A DNA stretch of 64,000 bases, from the NCBI RefSeq assembly GCF_006345805.1, contig NC_043009.1, positions 6,758,001 to 6,822,000 on the forward strand, read 5' to 3'. The notes beneath the pieces are model-generated. The model did not search any database. It saw only the letters and a program-made list of their open reading frames with translations, and was not told where the DNA came from. A program made the position numbers and the translations under genes. Shown here piece by piece: positions 1-12,478 of this stretch. Each line of letters starts with the position of its first letter. Position 1 is the first letter of the stretch. This stretch comes from Octopus sinensis. Taxonomy: Eukaryota.

Positions 1-254
1 TTTTTCTGACACAACTAGTTTCTACACCTCGAAGTCGGTTGATCTTCTTTAACCTCCACTTAGTTACCCCCGACTCAATCATCTCTATTCTCCTCACCCC
101 CGTTTACCTTTTCCTATCTCCGAACACCTCTCTATCCCAAAACCCATTCCCTGCACCTCAGAATATCGCCCTCTGGAATCATTTAACTATCACCTTATAA
201 ATGTTCAACAGAAAAGTTAACTACATGTATTTTACAGTGAGCCTTCATACATTA

Positions 255-410
255 GTGAGAAGTTACGTGGTTTCGTGGTTAGGGGTGTTACACTCATGAT
301 CGAAAGATAGTGGTTTCGATTCTTGGACCAGGCGATGAGATGTGCTCTTGAGTAAAGCGCTTCATTTTACGTTACTCCAATCAACTCAGCTGGCAAAAAT
401 GAGTAATCCT
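255..410 (+). mobile_element. tRNA-derived SINE (family D), decayed 5' part
   Basis: A/B-box-like head (gtggttagg...ggtttcgattc) followed by ...ctcagctggcaaaaatgagtaa; related sequence on the minus strand at ~22030-22200. Confidence 0.6.
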
Positions 411-775
411 AATCGGACCGGCGTCAGGTCCCAGGGTGAATATATACGCCACAGAACCCAGGAAACTAACATTGTAAACCCAAACTATATGAAGGACCTT
501 TGATCTAGCATAAATTAGTATAATGTGCTTCGTCGGAAGGGGAATTTCAACGTTTCGTTTAGTGCTCTTTTTCGGAAAAAAAGAAAAGAAGGTAGATGTA
601 TATCTGTTGACTGTAAACGAATTTGAAGAGTGTTTAGCGGTTTTACAGATCATCAGTAACTCCACTTCAGCATCTAACCGATGAACAAATATCTTCAATC
701 GATTCTCTTTTCGACCATACTACATATAAAATTACATGATCCAATGTGCCTCTCTTATTATTATATAGTGTACAA

Positions 776-968
776 AGGCGTTGAGCTGGCAGAATCATTA
801 ACGCGGCATTTTATCCGTCTTCACATTCTGAGCGCAACTTCCGCTGCGGTCGACTTTGTCATTCATCTTTCCGGAATCGATAAAATAAATACCAATTGGG
901 CACTGAAATCGATGTAATCGACTGACACGCTGCCCCGAAATTGCTGGTCTTGTGCCAAAAAATTGAAA
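776..968 (+). mobile_element. tRNA-derived SINE family A (octopus OK/OR-type; exact family name not assignable)
   Basis: Head ggcgttgagctggcagaa and core gtcgactttgtcattcatc...ggggtcgatgtaatcgac-like motif, shared with many copies in the window. Confidence 0.8.
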
Positions 969-2264
969 CCTTTGTTATATAGTTTACAATTAGAGGTGGA
1001 TTTGGCTGCTAATTCTAGCATGTCAGATGAGCTGGTGGAAATGTCATACATACACCCAACTCCTGTACGGGACTTTATTCATATATATATATATATAATA
1101 TTATATATTTATATATATATATATATATTATATATATATATATATATAATGTATATTGAACTAGTTATATACATAGCATTACGATGTTCTTGTTGTTACT
1201 GGTACTGCTCTTGTTGACCTAAGTTGACATTAATTTAGCAGACCTATGTTTAAAGATAGCGAAACCAATGACTATCTCGTCTTCTTTACATGAATGGTGT
1301 ACACCCGTAGAATTGAATACGTGACGTAAACGTGTTTATATTTTTCAAGATTTAATATTCTATTCATATTATTATGAAATGCATGAATGCTAAATATTCT
1401 AATTTTTGTTTCCATTTGCTAATTGCTAGGTTTCATCTTTCCTTCAAAATGCCAAAAAAACATTACTTTTGCTCGTATATCAGATATCACGTAGAATTCT
1501 AATAAAAAGAAAGAAGCCCAGAGTAACTCAGTCTTGACGTGTGTCTACATCAATCCCTCTTCTTCACAAACGCTTCCCTACGAAACTAAATCAAAGAATG
1601 TTAATTATGTAATTTGAGTTATGACAGCCAGAAAAGTAACAAAAAATTATGCGCAATACGATTTATACAGTTGAACTGTGATTTCGTTTTTAATAGGAAA
1701 TAGGCGCCAATGGTAGGAGATAAAAACCGCTGGTTATGTGACCGTAATACTCAGTCTAGTCTCGTTGGAAGCTCCGTGATCTCTGGACGAGTTAATGGAA
1801 GGATTACTAAAAGCAAAAATCCTGGAAGTACAGCAGAGATTTTTATCAAATATAATGAATATCAAACATTAATTGGTAAACGGATGGCTCCAAAGATCTC
1901 CTCATAAATATGGTAACTGATTTTTGCTTTACTTCTAAGAATCTTCACTTTGATGAGACGCCGTACATGCTACACTGCATGTTACATATAAATATATCTA
2001 TAACTATCAAAAGATCACTGCGGGTGGTTTTTTTGAGTTTTTTTGTTTTTGTTTTTTTTTCTTCTTATTTACCTTTAATCTTCCATCTTTCATTTGTTTC
2101 ATTCTTTAGACATAATAGGGCACCGCCTTGAAGAATTTTTTTTCAATAGAAACATTAACGACAGCAATTTCAATAGTCTAGATGGGTCAGCGAACGCTGT
2201 GGACACTGCTTTATCCTCCATACCCAGAAAAGCTAAAAAAAAATTATATCTTTTGGTTTTTCAT

Positions 2265-2539
2265 TTTTTACTTGTTTCAGCTATTAGATAGACTGCAGCC
2301 ATGCTGAAGCATCACTTTAAAGAATTTTCAGTGGAATATATCGACCCCAGTACTTATTTTTAATGCCTGGTCCATATTCTATCGGTTCTTTTGCCGAACC
2401 GCTAGATTATAGGATGTAAACGCACCAACACCAGTCGTGAAGCGGTTACAGGGCCAAACACACAGATACACACATTTATATATATATATGTGTGTGTGTG
2501 CGTGTGTGTGTGTGTATATACATATACACATACCTATAC

Positions 2540-2576
<37 letters not shown>

Positions 2577-2753
2577 TATACATACATATACGACGCGCTT
2601 CTTTCAGTTTCCGTCTACCAAATCCCCCCCCGGGGCTTTGGTCGAATTTATTCTATGGTAGAAGATTTTTGCCCAAGTTGTCATGCAGCGGTACTGAACC
2701 CTGAACCACGCGGTTGGGGAGCAAGCTTCTTACCTCAAAGCTTCGCCTGCGCC
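2265..2753 (-). mobile_element. SINE family C, full length, with central (TA)/(TG) microsatellite
   Basis: Reverse complement of the family C copies at 27821-28216 and 37121-37572. Confidence 0.85.
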
Positions 2754-2939
2754 TCCTTTATAAATGTCTTTTGAGTTGGAAGGTTAGATGTTGTGCAACA
2801 GATACAATGGTATAAAAACCTTTCAGGTATCAGTTCTCTATAAATAAAATATTTAACGCTTTATGATGTGAATTGAACGCAATAAATTCAGTCATGTAGT
2901 GAAAATTACTAATAACTGTTGCAAATAATAGTCAACTGG

Positions 2940-3300
2940 TTCCTTACTTTCATGAAATTCGAAGGAAAGTAACCAAAGCTGAGCTCAGCAGAATATGAGC
3001 TTAGCACGTAAAAAGCAACAAGAATTGCTGACGAAGAATTCTTGTCCAACTCCCTAACGATTCGGCCAGCTTGTCACTTCATCTATCGGTTTAAATTTCT
3101 GCACAAGGTTAACAATTTTAGAGGAGAGGTAAGTTGACTATATCGACCACAGTATTCAACTGGTATATATTTTATTGATCCCAAAATGAGGAAAATCAAA
3201 GTCGACCTCGACGGAATTTATACTCAGAACTCAAAAACGCACGAATTGTTCCTAATCATTGTCTGAGGTGTGCTAACCATTTTGCCAACTTGCCACCATA
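2940..3300 (-). mobile_element. Two decayed SINE family A copies
   Basis: Reverse complement of the family A core (aaagtcgacctcgacggaattt...ctcagaac). Confidence 0.7.
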
Positions 3301-3540
3301 CTTGTCACTTTATATATTACTAATAAACAATTGATTATGCTATTGGTCTCCAGATATTTGCGAAAGAGTGATCATAGGTAGGAGTAGAGAGAAATGTGAG
3401 AGAAATTGCTCCAACTCTTAAAGTTCTAAGTTCATATACTTCAAAGATAAATTTTAACATCCTTATCTCTGAAGATCGAAAATAAAAATAGAATTATAAG
3501 TCAAGAACTCAGGTAGATGGTAATATCCCTATAGATCAAG

Positions 3541-4113
3541 GTGGTGAGCTGGAAGAAACGTTAGCACGCCGGGCGAAATGCGTAGCCGTATTTCGTCTGC
3601 CGTTACGTTCTGAGTTCAAATTCCGCCGAGGTCGACTTTGCCTTTCATCCTTTCGGGGTCGATAAATTAAGCACCAGTTACGCACTGGGGTCGATGGAAT
3701 CGACTTAATCCATTTGTCTATCCTTGTTTTTCCTCTCTGTGTTTAGCCCCTTGTGGGTAGTAAAGACATGAGTATTTCGTCTGCCGCTACGTTCTGAGTT
3801 CAAATTCCGCCGAGGTCGACTTTGCCTTTCATCCTTTCGGGGTCGATTAAATAAGTACCAGTTACGCACTGGGGTCGATGTAATCGACTTAATCCGTTTG
3901 TCTGTCCTTGTTTGTCCCGTCTGTGTTTAGCTCCTTGTGGGTAGTAAAGAAATAGGTATTTCGTCTGTATTACGTTCTGAGTTCAAATCCTGCCGAGGTC
4001 GACTTTGCCTTTCATCCTTTCGAGGTCGATAAAATAAGAACTAGTCGAACACTGAGGTCGACATATCCCCCCCACCACGACAACCTACTGGCCTTGTGCC
4101 AAAATTTGAAACC
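3541..4113 (+). mobile_element. SINE family A head-to-tail trimer
   Basis: One full copy plus two headless repeats restarting at tatttcgtctg; degenerate 19-bp flanking repeat at 3522-3540 and 4114-4132. Confidence 0.9.
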
Positions 4114-4131
4114 AATATTCCTATAGTTCCA

Positions 4132-4330
4132 GGCAGCGAGCTGGTAGAATTGTTAGCACGCCGGGCAAAATGCTTAGCGGAATTTCGTCCGTCTTTACGT
4201 TCTGAGTTCAAACTACGCCGAGGTCGACTTTGTCTTTCATCCTTCCACAGTCGATGAAATAAGTACTTGTGGAATACTGGGCTCGATGTAATCGACTCGA
4301 AAACTGCTGGTCTCTAACCAAAATTTGAAG
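4132..4330 (+). mobile_element. SINE family A
   Basis: ggcagcgagctggtagaattgttagcacgccgggc head followed by the family core. Confidence 0.85.
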
Positions 4331-4627
4331 ATGCGGCTGCAATGCTAATATCGATAGGAGAAGGAGGGCGTTGAGAAAGTAGTGTTATAAGCATACAACC
4401 AAATATCAACATGTTTAAAACATGAAATGTATAGAATTAGTAATTTTGATTATGTCCATAAACTATAAGTGGGTGGTAGTGTATAAAATGTATCCATCAG
4501 TACACTTCTATTAATTCTGTGTCTAAGCATTGGTGTGTATATACATTTCTCTATATATACATACATACATTCATGTATACATACATACACAAACATACAC
4601 ACACATACACACACACACATATATATA

Positions 4628-4692
<65 letters not shown>

Positions 4693-4695
<3 letters not shown>

Positions 4696-4997
4696 AATCC
4701 AAAATGACAAAGAAAAACCGCGATAAAAAACAACAACGCGAGGACGTGGTACGTGCAAAGTATTACAAGACGTTCAGGGAAAGAAAGAAAGGGTGATTTA
4801 CGTTTCGAGCAAAGCCCTTCATCAGAAACAAGAGACAGAGGAAAGTCCAAGAGAAAAGGAGGTTGGAGAGAAAAGAATCGCCAACAATCCACATGTTGCT
4901 ACATTTTGGAATGACCGGACGGGGATGAAGACAGAAAAAGTTCTTTCCAAGACAGGAGAGTGTAAGAGAAGCAGGTATCTGTGTGGATGTGTGGGTA

Positions 4998-5005
<8 letters not shown>
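4693..5005 (-). mobile_element. Penelope-like pseudo-LTR fragment (family G) embedded in (TA)n
   Basis: Homologous to 42591-42814 (+), carries a hammerhead motif, and is flanked by (TA)n on both sides. PLE assignment is inferred from the hammerhead and context. Confidence 0.65.
4794..4830 (-). ncRNA. Minimal type I hammerhead ribozyme motif
   Basis: Minus strand reads UGUUU CUGAUGA A GGGC UUU GCUC GAAA CG UA AAUCA: intact core, 4-bp helix II, palindromic ACGU helix III, GUA triplet, helix I with one mismatch. Confidence 0.75.
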
Positions 5006-5050
<45 letters not shown>

Positions 5051-5382
5051 TCCGTCTTTATTTTCTGAGTTCAAATTCTGTTGAGGTCGCCTTCGTCTTT
5101 CTTTCTTTCGGCTCGACCAGTTGAGGACTCGGGTCAGTGTAAACGACTTCCGTCTCCTCCAAAATTGGTAACCAATAATATTGACCATGTGAAAATGTAA
5201 TATAAATTCTAGATCATCACTACTTGAACTCAGAACCAACGAAGACTTATCTTATTCTGCCATCCATATTGATATACGATATGGAAAAGGGACTTAATAT
5301 TATTTTTTCTGTTGATGCTTGTCGTCAATCTCATATTTTTTCTAATAAATCTATCATAATTTTTAAACTTATTTATTAAATT

Positions 5383-5537
<155 letters not shown>

Positions 5538-6159
5538 GTCGCGACTCTTTCCTGTTTGTTTTACTTTGTGTTAACTATCCCCAAAATCTGTTTCCCATAC
5601 TATATAATTTATCAAGATAAGAGAATCAAAGATTTATTACTCAGCCACTTCCGGCGTACCCTCGCTGCTCACTCTTTATTAACCACAGATGCACGGTGCA
5701 CTTTAGTAGACAGACACATGCACTCTTAATATCTTACTTATAAACATAACATATCTAATCTAATCTCCATACAAAAGTTTTCCCTTTTTTCATGATTATT
5801 TGCGGCGACATGGTATCTGAAAATTTGTTAAAAACGTAGCAACATCTACTTTTTCTCTACAAATCCGTATCATATACTTCAGCCGTCATTATTTAATTAC
5901 ACTGAATTTATCTTTATTATCCTTAATATATATCTCTGTAAAGTTCGTAATTTAGATTTCTGCTTATATACCTTAAAGTGTGTAACTGCTACACATAACC
6001 AATCTCACAGTCCACTCCCGGAAAAAAATGTGAAGAGATCTGCAAATCCTAATGGTACTGTTTTGTCCTTTATATAAATATCCATTTTCAAAAAGTTTTA
6101 CGGAGTAATTTTCCACATACGTTGTAACCTGTATGCATAAATATATATATATATATGTA

Positions 6160-6355
6160 TTGGGCTCTCCGGAAAGTTCATGTCGATTTATAGTAGCTTA
6201 CCTTACGCCTTACCCTCACAGGCACCTCAATTCTGGGGAGAGGGTATTTTCAAGTTAAAGGAAAGAGGGAGACACATTGTGCAACAAAATGGTTCATGTT
6301 TGGTTAATTAAAAATGTAATGTCAAGTGTTTATTAACCTTTTTCTTTCCTTTAAT
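6160..6355 (+). mobile_element. Mariner deletion derivative (TIR joined to transposase C-terminus)
   Basis: TA followed by ttgggctctccggaaagttc TIR-like start, then FWGEGIFKLKERGRHIVQQNGSCLVN*, which resembles the mariner C-terminus. Confidence 0.65.
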
Positions 6356-6410
6356 TGTTAATAATTAATTTGTAGTAGCATATATGCATTTTTTAAATTT
6401 ATACGCCCTT

Positions 6411-6865
6411 TTCAAGCCTAGCCAGGCTCATGGGGCCGGTTTCCCGGTTTCTGTGGCGTATGTGTCCCCCCCAGCTGGACGGCACGTCAGTCCATCGCAG
6501 CGTTACTCAAGAAAAGTGTGGGAGAAAGTTGGAAAGAAAGAGTACAACAGGGGTCCCCTCCACCCCCTGCAGGACTTCGTGGAGCTTTTAGGTGTTTTCA
6601 GGCTCATGGGGCCGGTTTCCCGGTTTCTGTGGCGTATGTGTTCCCCCCAGCTGGACGGAACGCCAGTCCATCGCAGCGTTACTCAATAAACAGGAAGAAA
6701 GAGTGAGAGAAAGTTGGGGTGAAATAGTACAACAGGGGTCGCCACCACCCCCTGCAGGAGCCTCGTAGAGCTTTTAGGTTTTCGCTCAATAAACACACAC
6801 AACTCCCGGTCTGGGAATCTAAACCGCGAGTCCGCTGCCCTAACCACCGAGCCATTGCACCTCCA
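6411..6865 (-). mobile_element. Chimeric SINE: family B head and core with a duplicated family D tail
   Basis: caggctcatggggccgg...cgttactcaa occurs twice (about 6423-6509 and 6599-6685), each followed by family B core; tRNA-like head at 6800-6865. Confidence 0.75.
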
Positions 6866-7257
6866 CATATATGTGCATTAGAATTACAATATTTCAATGC
6901 GAGTGTATCACCTGATAACTCTGGTTTCCACAAATTACAAGGATGCTTTATTTATGGATGTTTTACTTCCCAACTCACGAGATTCTACTCCTATTTCAAA
7001 CAGTTTTAAGAATTAATAGATTTCAAGCTTAAAAGATAAACTGTTATTTTTAATAATTGTTTCGATTAAAACATATCTGTTTTCACATACACATTATCAT
7101 GCGTACATTTTTTAGTAAGCTTGAATTAATGATACGTCATTTACAGACACATTTACGAAATATGCTATAAATATTGAACGTGGATTTATATAGCAATGTG
7201 ATGTGCATTAGACATTGAAATACTATAACTGTACTGAAGAACAACTCAATTACTTAT

Positions 7258-7725
7258 ACGAGGTCGCCCGTCGCCAGCTGTCCGTCACAGGTCGATGTTG
7301 ACTGCTTTTTCAGAAGGCTCTGAACAAAACACCTTTGGACGGTGTAGGGCAGTTGGCATCGTTCCTGAAGCAGACTCACTCTCTAGGCTTCTACGCCAAA
7401 TGCCAGGTGGTGTACAAGAGTGCAACGAGCATGGTCGACGATGACCATGCCCTACAGTAGCAGATAATTTGCTAGTTGGTGCCCAGCCGTTGTCTGATGG
7501 TACAGATCTTCCCCTTGGCCGCAGTAACCATCAAGCCGTTGGTTTAGAAATTCCACCGCCTGGTCGGTTACCCAACGTCCTACTGCCGATGTCTTCAGCG
7601 TATCCCTGGCAAGGGAGCCTAAGGGGTGACTAGCGCTTGGCCAAGGAGCCACTCCAGTCTACTGACGGAAGGGGCGATTTACTCGCCCATTTATAAGTCT
7701 GCCTCTGATGTGGGCGCCGTACCAT
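7258..7725 (-). mobile_element. Probable 5' leader of an RTE-clade LINE
   Basis: GC-rich island with several hairpins (e.g. gggcga-gtaaa-tcgccc) resembling RTE 5' UTRs from memory; no protein motif seen. Confidence 0.4.
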
Positions 7726-8604
7726 ACCGTAATTACTTATATAAATGATGAACCTCATATGCTCTCATTATCAAGAAATATTTCGGCCTCTTATGGCTAC
7801 ATATCACTTTGGGTAACGCGAAGAATCTTAGTCGTTGATATGCTAGTGTCGTTAAGATGCTTGCTTTGCAACCACGAGGTTTCAGGTTCACTCCCACACC
7901 AGGAAAGCATTCGGCAAGTATTTTTCTTCTACTATAGCTACGGGCCGACCAATGCTTTGTGACAGTATCTGGTCGACGGAAACTGTCTGAAAGCTCGTCG
8001 TATACAATGCCTGCCGTCCAATAACTGATAGAAGTAACAGATAAAAGATAAGTGTGTATGGGGATGGGTATGCGTACACACACACATAATTACGTATGTA
8101 CACCTACATGCACTCATATTTATATAATACATAAGTACTAAAAGGGTTGCACAAAAGTCACGTTCTATATACAAACATGGAAGGTTTTTTTTTTTTAATA
8201 AAATGGTAAAAGTATTGTTCCAGTAGGAATATTTACTTTGGGCACTGGAAGTTATTTTGAATTAGCTGAAGAATATCACATCACGAAAATAAATTCCATT
8301 TTCACGCTCGTAATGTAAAAAATTTTTCCTAGACTAGGTTCCATGACAACTCCTAATGTATATTAGTCTTGAGCTGGTGCATCATTATTTCTCTGTTACT
8401 GGATTGCTGGAAGTTTGTTTATACAAATACTTCAGGATTAAAAACAAAACGCAGTTTGTATTTTAAAAGTGGGAATGAACTTTTAACACACCCCGTGTAG
8501 GGGCCTGCCTGTCTGTTTGTCTGTCTGTATGTATGTATGGGTATAAGTGTACGTATATACATACATACATACATATGTATGTATAAAGTGCAGGCACGCA
8601 TATG

Positions 8605-9464
8605 CGAGATCTGATCAATAAGTAGCCGGATTGTGGTCTTAGTATCTTAGTAACGAAGATAACACACGTGGAGTGAAGCCGCTTGGCGCAGATTGACCTT
8701 GAACTCGGCTCTACATAGGCTATTTACAGAAGTGCTTGGAAGGAAGGTGTGTAGCGTGTGATCGTCGCATTGACCATGACAGAGAAAGTTGCCATGGCGA
8801 TACCCGCTCAGATGCTTACGCAAAGCTGCAGAAAATGTATGGGGAGGACTGTATGAGCTGCACACAAGTGTACGAGTAGATCAGATATTTCTGTGATGGC
8901 AGAAAATATGTCGATATTGATGAACGTTCTGAGAGACCCGCAACCACCATAACTGAGAAAAATATTGCAGAGGTGCGTGCAGCTCTGAGGGAAAATCGTC
9001 GAATCACCATCTGTGAGTTATGAGAGAATGTACAAACTAGATACAGTTCAGGTCAGTCCATTATCATTGAAGATTTGGGTGTGAGACACGTGACTACCAA
9101 ATTTGTGCCAAAACTGTTTTCAGCTGCCCAAATAAATACTTGGGTTTCAGTTGTACAAAATCTTCTTGACTTTGTTGAGAACGATGAAGGATTTTTGAAA
9201 ACTTTGCGTGGGCCTCTGAGCAGGTATCGCCAAGCTTTTGGCAAAATTTCATGCAGATTCTCTGCTCAACTTTTCCCGTCATGTTCAATGCGACGATTAC
9301 ACACTTCCAAGCACTGCTGCATACAGCGGAAGTAAGCTAGAAGCTTAAAACTTAGTGCGCATGCACAGCAGTGTTCAGGGCTACTCTGTACCAAATGGTT
9401 TTTCTCTGCGTGCTTTAGCCTCGTTACTATAGCAACAGTCCTGATACTCATTGATCCGACCACA
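8605..9464. mobile_element. Mariner derivative with two 5' ends in inverted orientation
   Basis: Plus strand: decayed transposase N-terminus (MTEKV..GDTRSDAYAKLQKMYGEDCMS..DERSERP..FVPKL). Minus strand: MTGKVEQRICMKFCQKLGDTCSEA. Matching termini cgagatctgatcaataag / tgtggtcggatcaatgag; TA at 9465-9466. Confidence 0.85.
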
Positions 9465-9532
9465 TATATACGTAATTTATATATGTGACTGTATGTGCAT
9501 ATATGTGTTTATAGATGTGTATATATGTCTAT

Positions 9533-9590
<58 letters not shown>

Positions 9591-9644
9591 TGTGTGTGTG
9601 TGTGTATATGTATGTATGTATGTGTACATGTTGTTGTTGCTGTT

Positions 9645-10010
9645 GAGCAAACGGTCTTCGTCCCAGAGCTCGCAAGATGGAAGAAGTCCGAAACGTGGTC
9701 CTTTGCTATTCGTAAGACCCGCAGAAGAGAAAGCAGGTCAATCCCCGACACCGAGAGCATCGACGGATGGATGAATGCGCATCCAGGCTCAGCGGTTGCG
9801 TAGGAAGTCGGGGACAAGAAACAGGAAGAAAGAGTGAGAGAAAGTTGGGGCGAAAGAGTGCAACAGGGGTCACCACCGCCCTCTGGCGGAGCCTCGTGGA
9901 GCTTTAGGTGTTTTCGCTCAATAAGCACACACAACGCCCGGTCTGGAAATCGAAACCACGATCCTCCGACCGTGAGTCCGCTGCCCTAACCATTGAGCCA
10001 TTGTACCTCC
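9645..10010 (-). mobile_element. SINE family B with tail type i
   Basis: tRNA-like head at 9940-10010, shared B core, and a tail not seen on other B copies. Confidence 0.8.
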
Positions 10011-10086
10011 TTGTGTACATGTGTTTATATATGTACATATCTATATCTCTATATAATGTATGTAAATATACATGTATGTATGTATG

Positions 10087-10159
<73 letters not shown>

Positions 10160-10747
10160 TTGTGTGTGTGTGTTACGTATATGTGTGTGTGTATGAGTAT
10201 TAGGAAAAACTATATTACAATACATTTCAACACATCAGGTCGAGAGGACAAACGTGGGAAAAAACAAAACCAAACAAAAGAAAAGAAAAAAAAAACAGTA
10301 TTCAGGCTTAACTGAGACATAAAAATCTATATGTAAAATATCGAAGATATTTTAAAATGTGTCAAAATTTAGCGAACTAAATTGAATTGTGATATCCGAA
10401 AAATTATACATATAATCTAAAAAGTAAATAACAAAAAATTATTATATAAAAAATGTTATAACCTACATTTTTTTTTGTCTGTGGAGTAAAAAAAAACACA
10501 TTATATTGTTGTTTTGTTATACCATGGTGACGACGAAATACTTTCAATCATGTCACGCCTATTGTGCTTGGAGTTACTAGTAGTTTTCCTATTCTATAAC
10601 TGTTTTATAGATATGGGTGTATATGTGTGAGTATATATATATATATACGTATGCATATGCGCATGCCTGTATGGGGTGTGTGAGTGTGGCTGGGTGTGTG
10701 TAGCGAAAGCGCGTGGCTTTGTGGCTCGGGTCTTCGGCTCGTGGAAA

Positions 10748-11206
10748 GGTGGCGAGCAGGCAGACACGTTAGCACTCCGGGCGAAATGCGTAGCTGTATT
10801 TCGTCTGCTGTTACGTTCTGGGTTCAAATTCCGCCGAGGTCGACTTTGCCTTCCATCCTTTCGGGATCGATAAATTAAATACCAGTTACGCACTGGGGAT
10901 CGATATAATCGACTTAATCCGTTTGTCTGTCCTTGTTTGTCCTCTCTGTGTTTAGCCCCTTGTGGGTAGTAAAGAAATAGGTATTTCGTCTGTCGTTACG
11001 TTCTGAGTTCAAATTCCGCCGAGGTCGACTTTGCCTTTCATCCTTTCGGGATCGATAGATTAAATACCAGTTACGCACTGGGGTCGATGTAATCGACTTA
11101 ATCCCTTTGTCTGTCCTTGTTTGTCCCCTCTGAGTTTAGACCCTTGTGGGTAGTAAAAAATAGGTATTTCGTCTGCCGTTACGTGTGGGTAGTAAAGAAA
11201 TAAGTA
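10748..11206 (+). mobile_element. SINE family A multimer with target-site duplication
   Basis: Full copy, a headless repeat and a further fragment; ttcggctcgtgg at 10733-10744 and 11207-11218. Confidence 0.9.
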
Positions 11207-11578
11207 TTCGGCTCGTGGTCTTAAGGCCATGAGTTTTGATTCCAAGGGGCTTCAATCCCCGGACGTACGTTTTGCTCCTTTAACAAGACGTTTTGTTTCT
11301 CATCGTTCAAGTACACACAGCCACCAAAAATAAGATGCAGCTGTAATTGGGACACGGTCAATCTCTCGGACAACGAAGTTCAGGGCACGAGTGTTTGTGG
11401 AGTACTCAGCCAGTGGTACGTCCGTTTCACAAGCCTGCTGTTCGGTGCATAAGAACCGGCTTTAAGGTAAATTAGTAATGGACTCAATTTATTCGATTAA
11501 ACGTCTCAGGGTGTTGCCCCAGCATGGATGCAGTACAATGACTGAAACACGTAAATATATTTTTTTGTTTGTGTGTAT

Positions 11579-11613
<35 letters not shown>

Positions 11614-12131
11614 TTTCAAAATGACATTTCAGTGAGTTTAGCACGCATTATCCTCATCATCACCATCATCATCGTCATCATTGTTGTCATCGTCATCATC
11701 ATCATTATCATCATCATTATCATCTCCGTCGTCGTCATTTTGCGCCCGGTCTCCAAGCTGGTGCGTCGGAGGGTCCGGCATGATGCGACGATTGAAAATA
11801 GTTAAGTTTCGTTCGAACGTCATTTCCCTTTCTAACATCAGCCATGATAATCTTGTCGTTTCTTTGGTGTTAGAGCGAATATCGTATCTGGAACGAGCTT
11901 ATTGACTTTCTGTTTCAGAAAGATTTGGCTTGCAATTCTCATCTATTTGCGATATTGGACATTGTTATTACAAGATTCCAATGTTTTAAATAAAACTATA
12001 TCTTATATATATATTTTGACGAAGATTAACAATATATTGCACAGTTCATACCACAAGAAACAAATACCTGGCAGAATGACGACTGTTTCACTTGTATGCA
12101 CATCCTAAACACCTTCAAAAGCTGGATAAAC

Positions 12132-12478
12132 GGATCTTTTCGGTTTGACCAGCAGTTTTTTAACATAATTTCCAAGTAACTAAAAAAATTTAAACTTCGT
12201 ACACTGGTAGAATGTGTTTAAAAAACATCTTTTTCTCTTGGCTTTATTGAGAAAATCCTATAGTTTGTAAGATATTTGGTCTTTAATTTCTTAATTTGGT
12301 TGAAATTGTCGAAAATTAAGAATTTAAAGACCAAATATCTTACAAACTATAGAATTTTCTCAATAAAGCCAAGAGAAAAAGATGTTTTATAAATACATTC
12401 TACCAGTATACGAAGTTTAAAATTGTTTAGTTACATAGAAATTATTTTAAAAAACTGTCGGTCAAACCAAAAAGATCC
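12132..12478. mobile_element. Fold-back MITE with GG...CC termini and an 8-bp TSD (Merlin-type signature)
   Basis: Arms of about 165 bp with a ~14-nt spacer; ggataaac at 12124-12131 and 12479-12486. Confidence 0.8.

Noticed and set aside
3541-4113. CRISPR-like or satellite interpretation of the tandem repeats
   Set aside because: The units are SINE bodies with no unique spacers, in a eukaryotic context.
5645-5665. ETS-like cacttccggcg motif
   Set aside because: An isolated short motif with no supporting promoter context.
11638-11890. Possible exon (YDIRSNTKETTRLSWLMLEREM... with an acidic tail)
   Set aside because: No convincing splice acceptor, no recognisable domain, and the acidic tail is a GAT microsatellite.
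11900-12110. WQNDDCF resembling the PLE RT catalytic motif
   Set aside because: No other PLE motifs recoverable in the expected positions.
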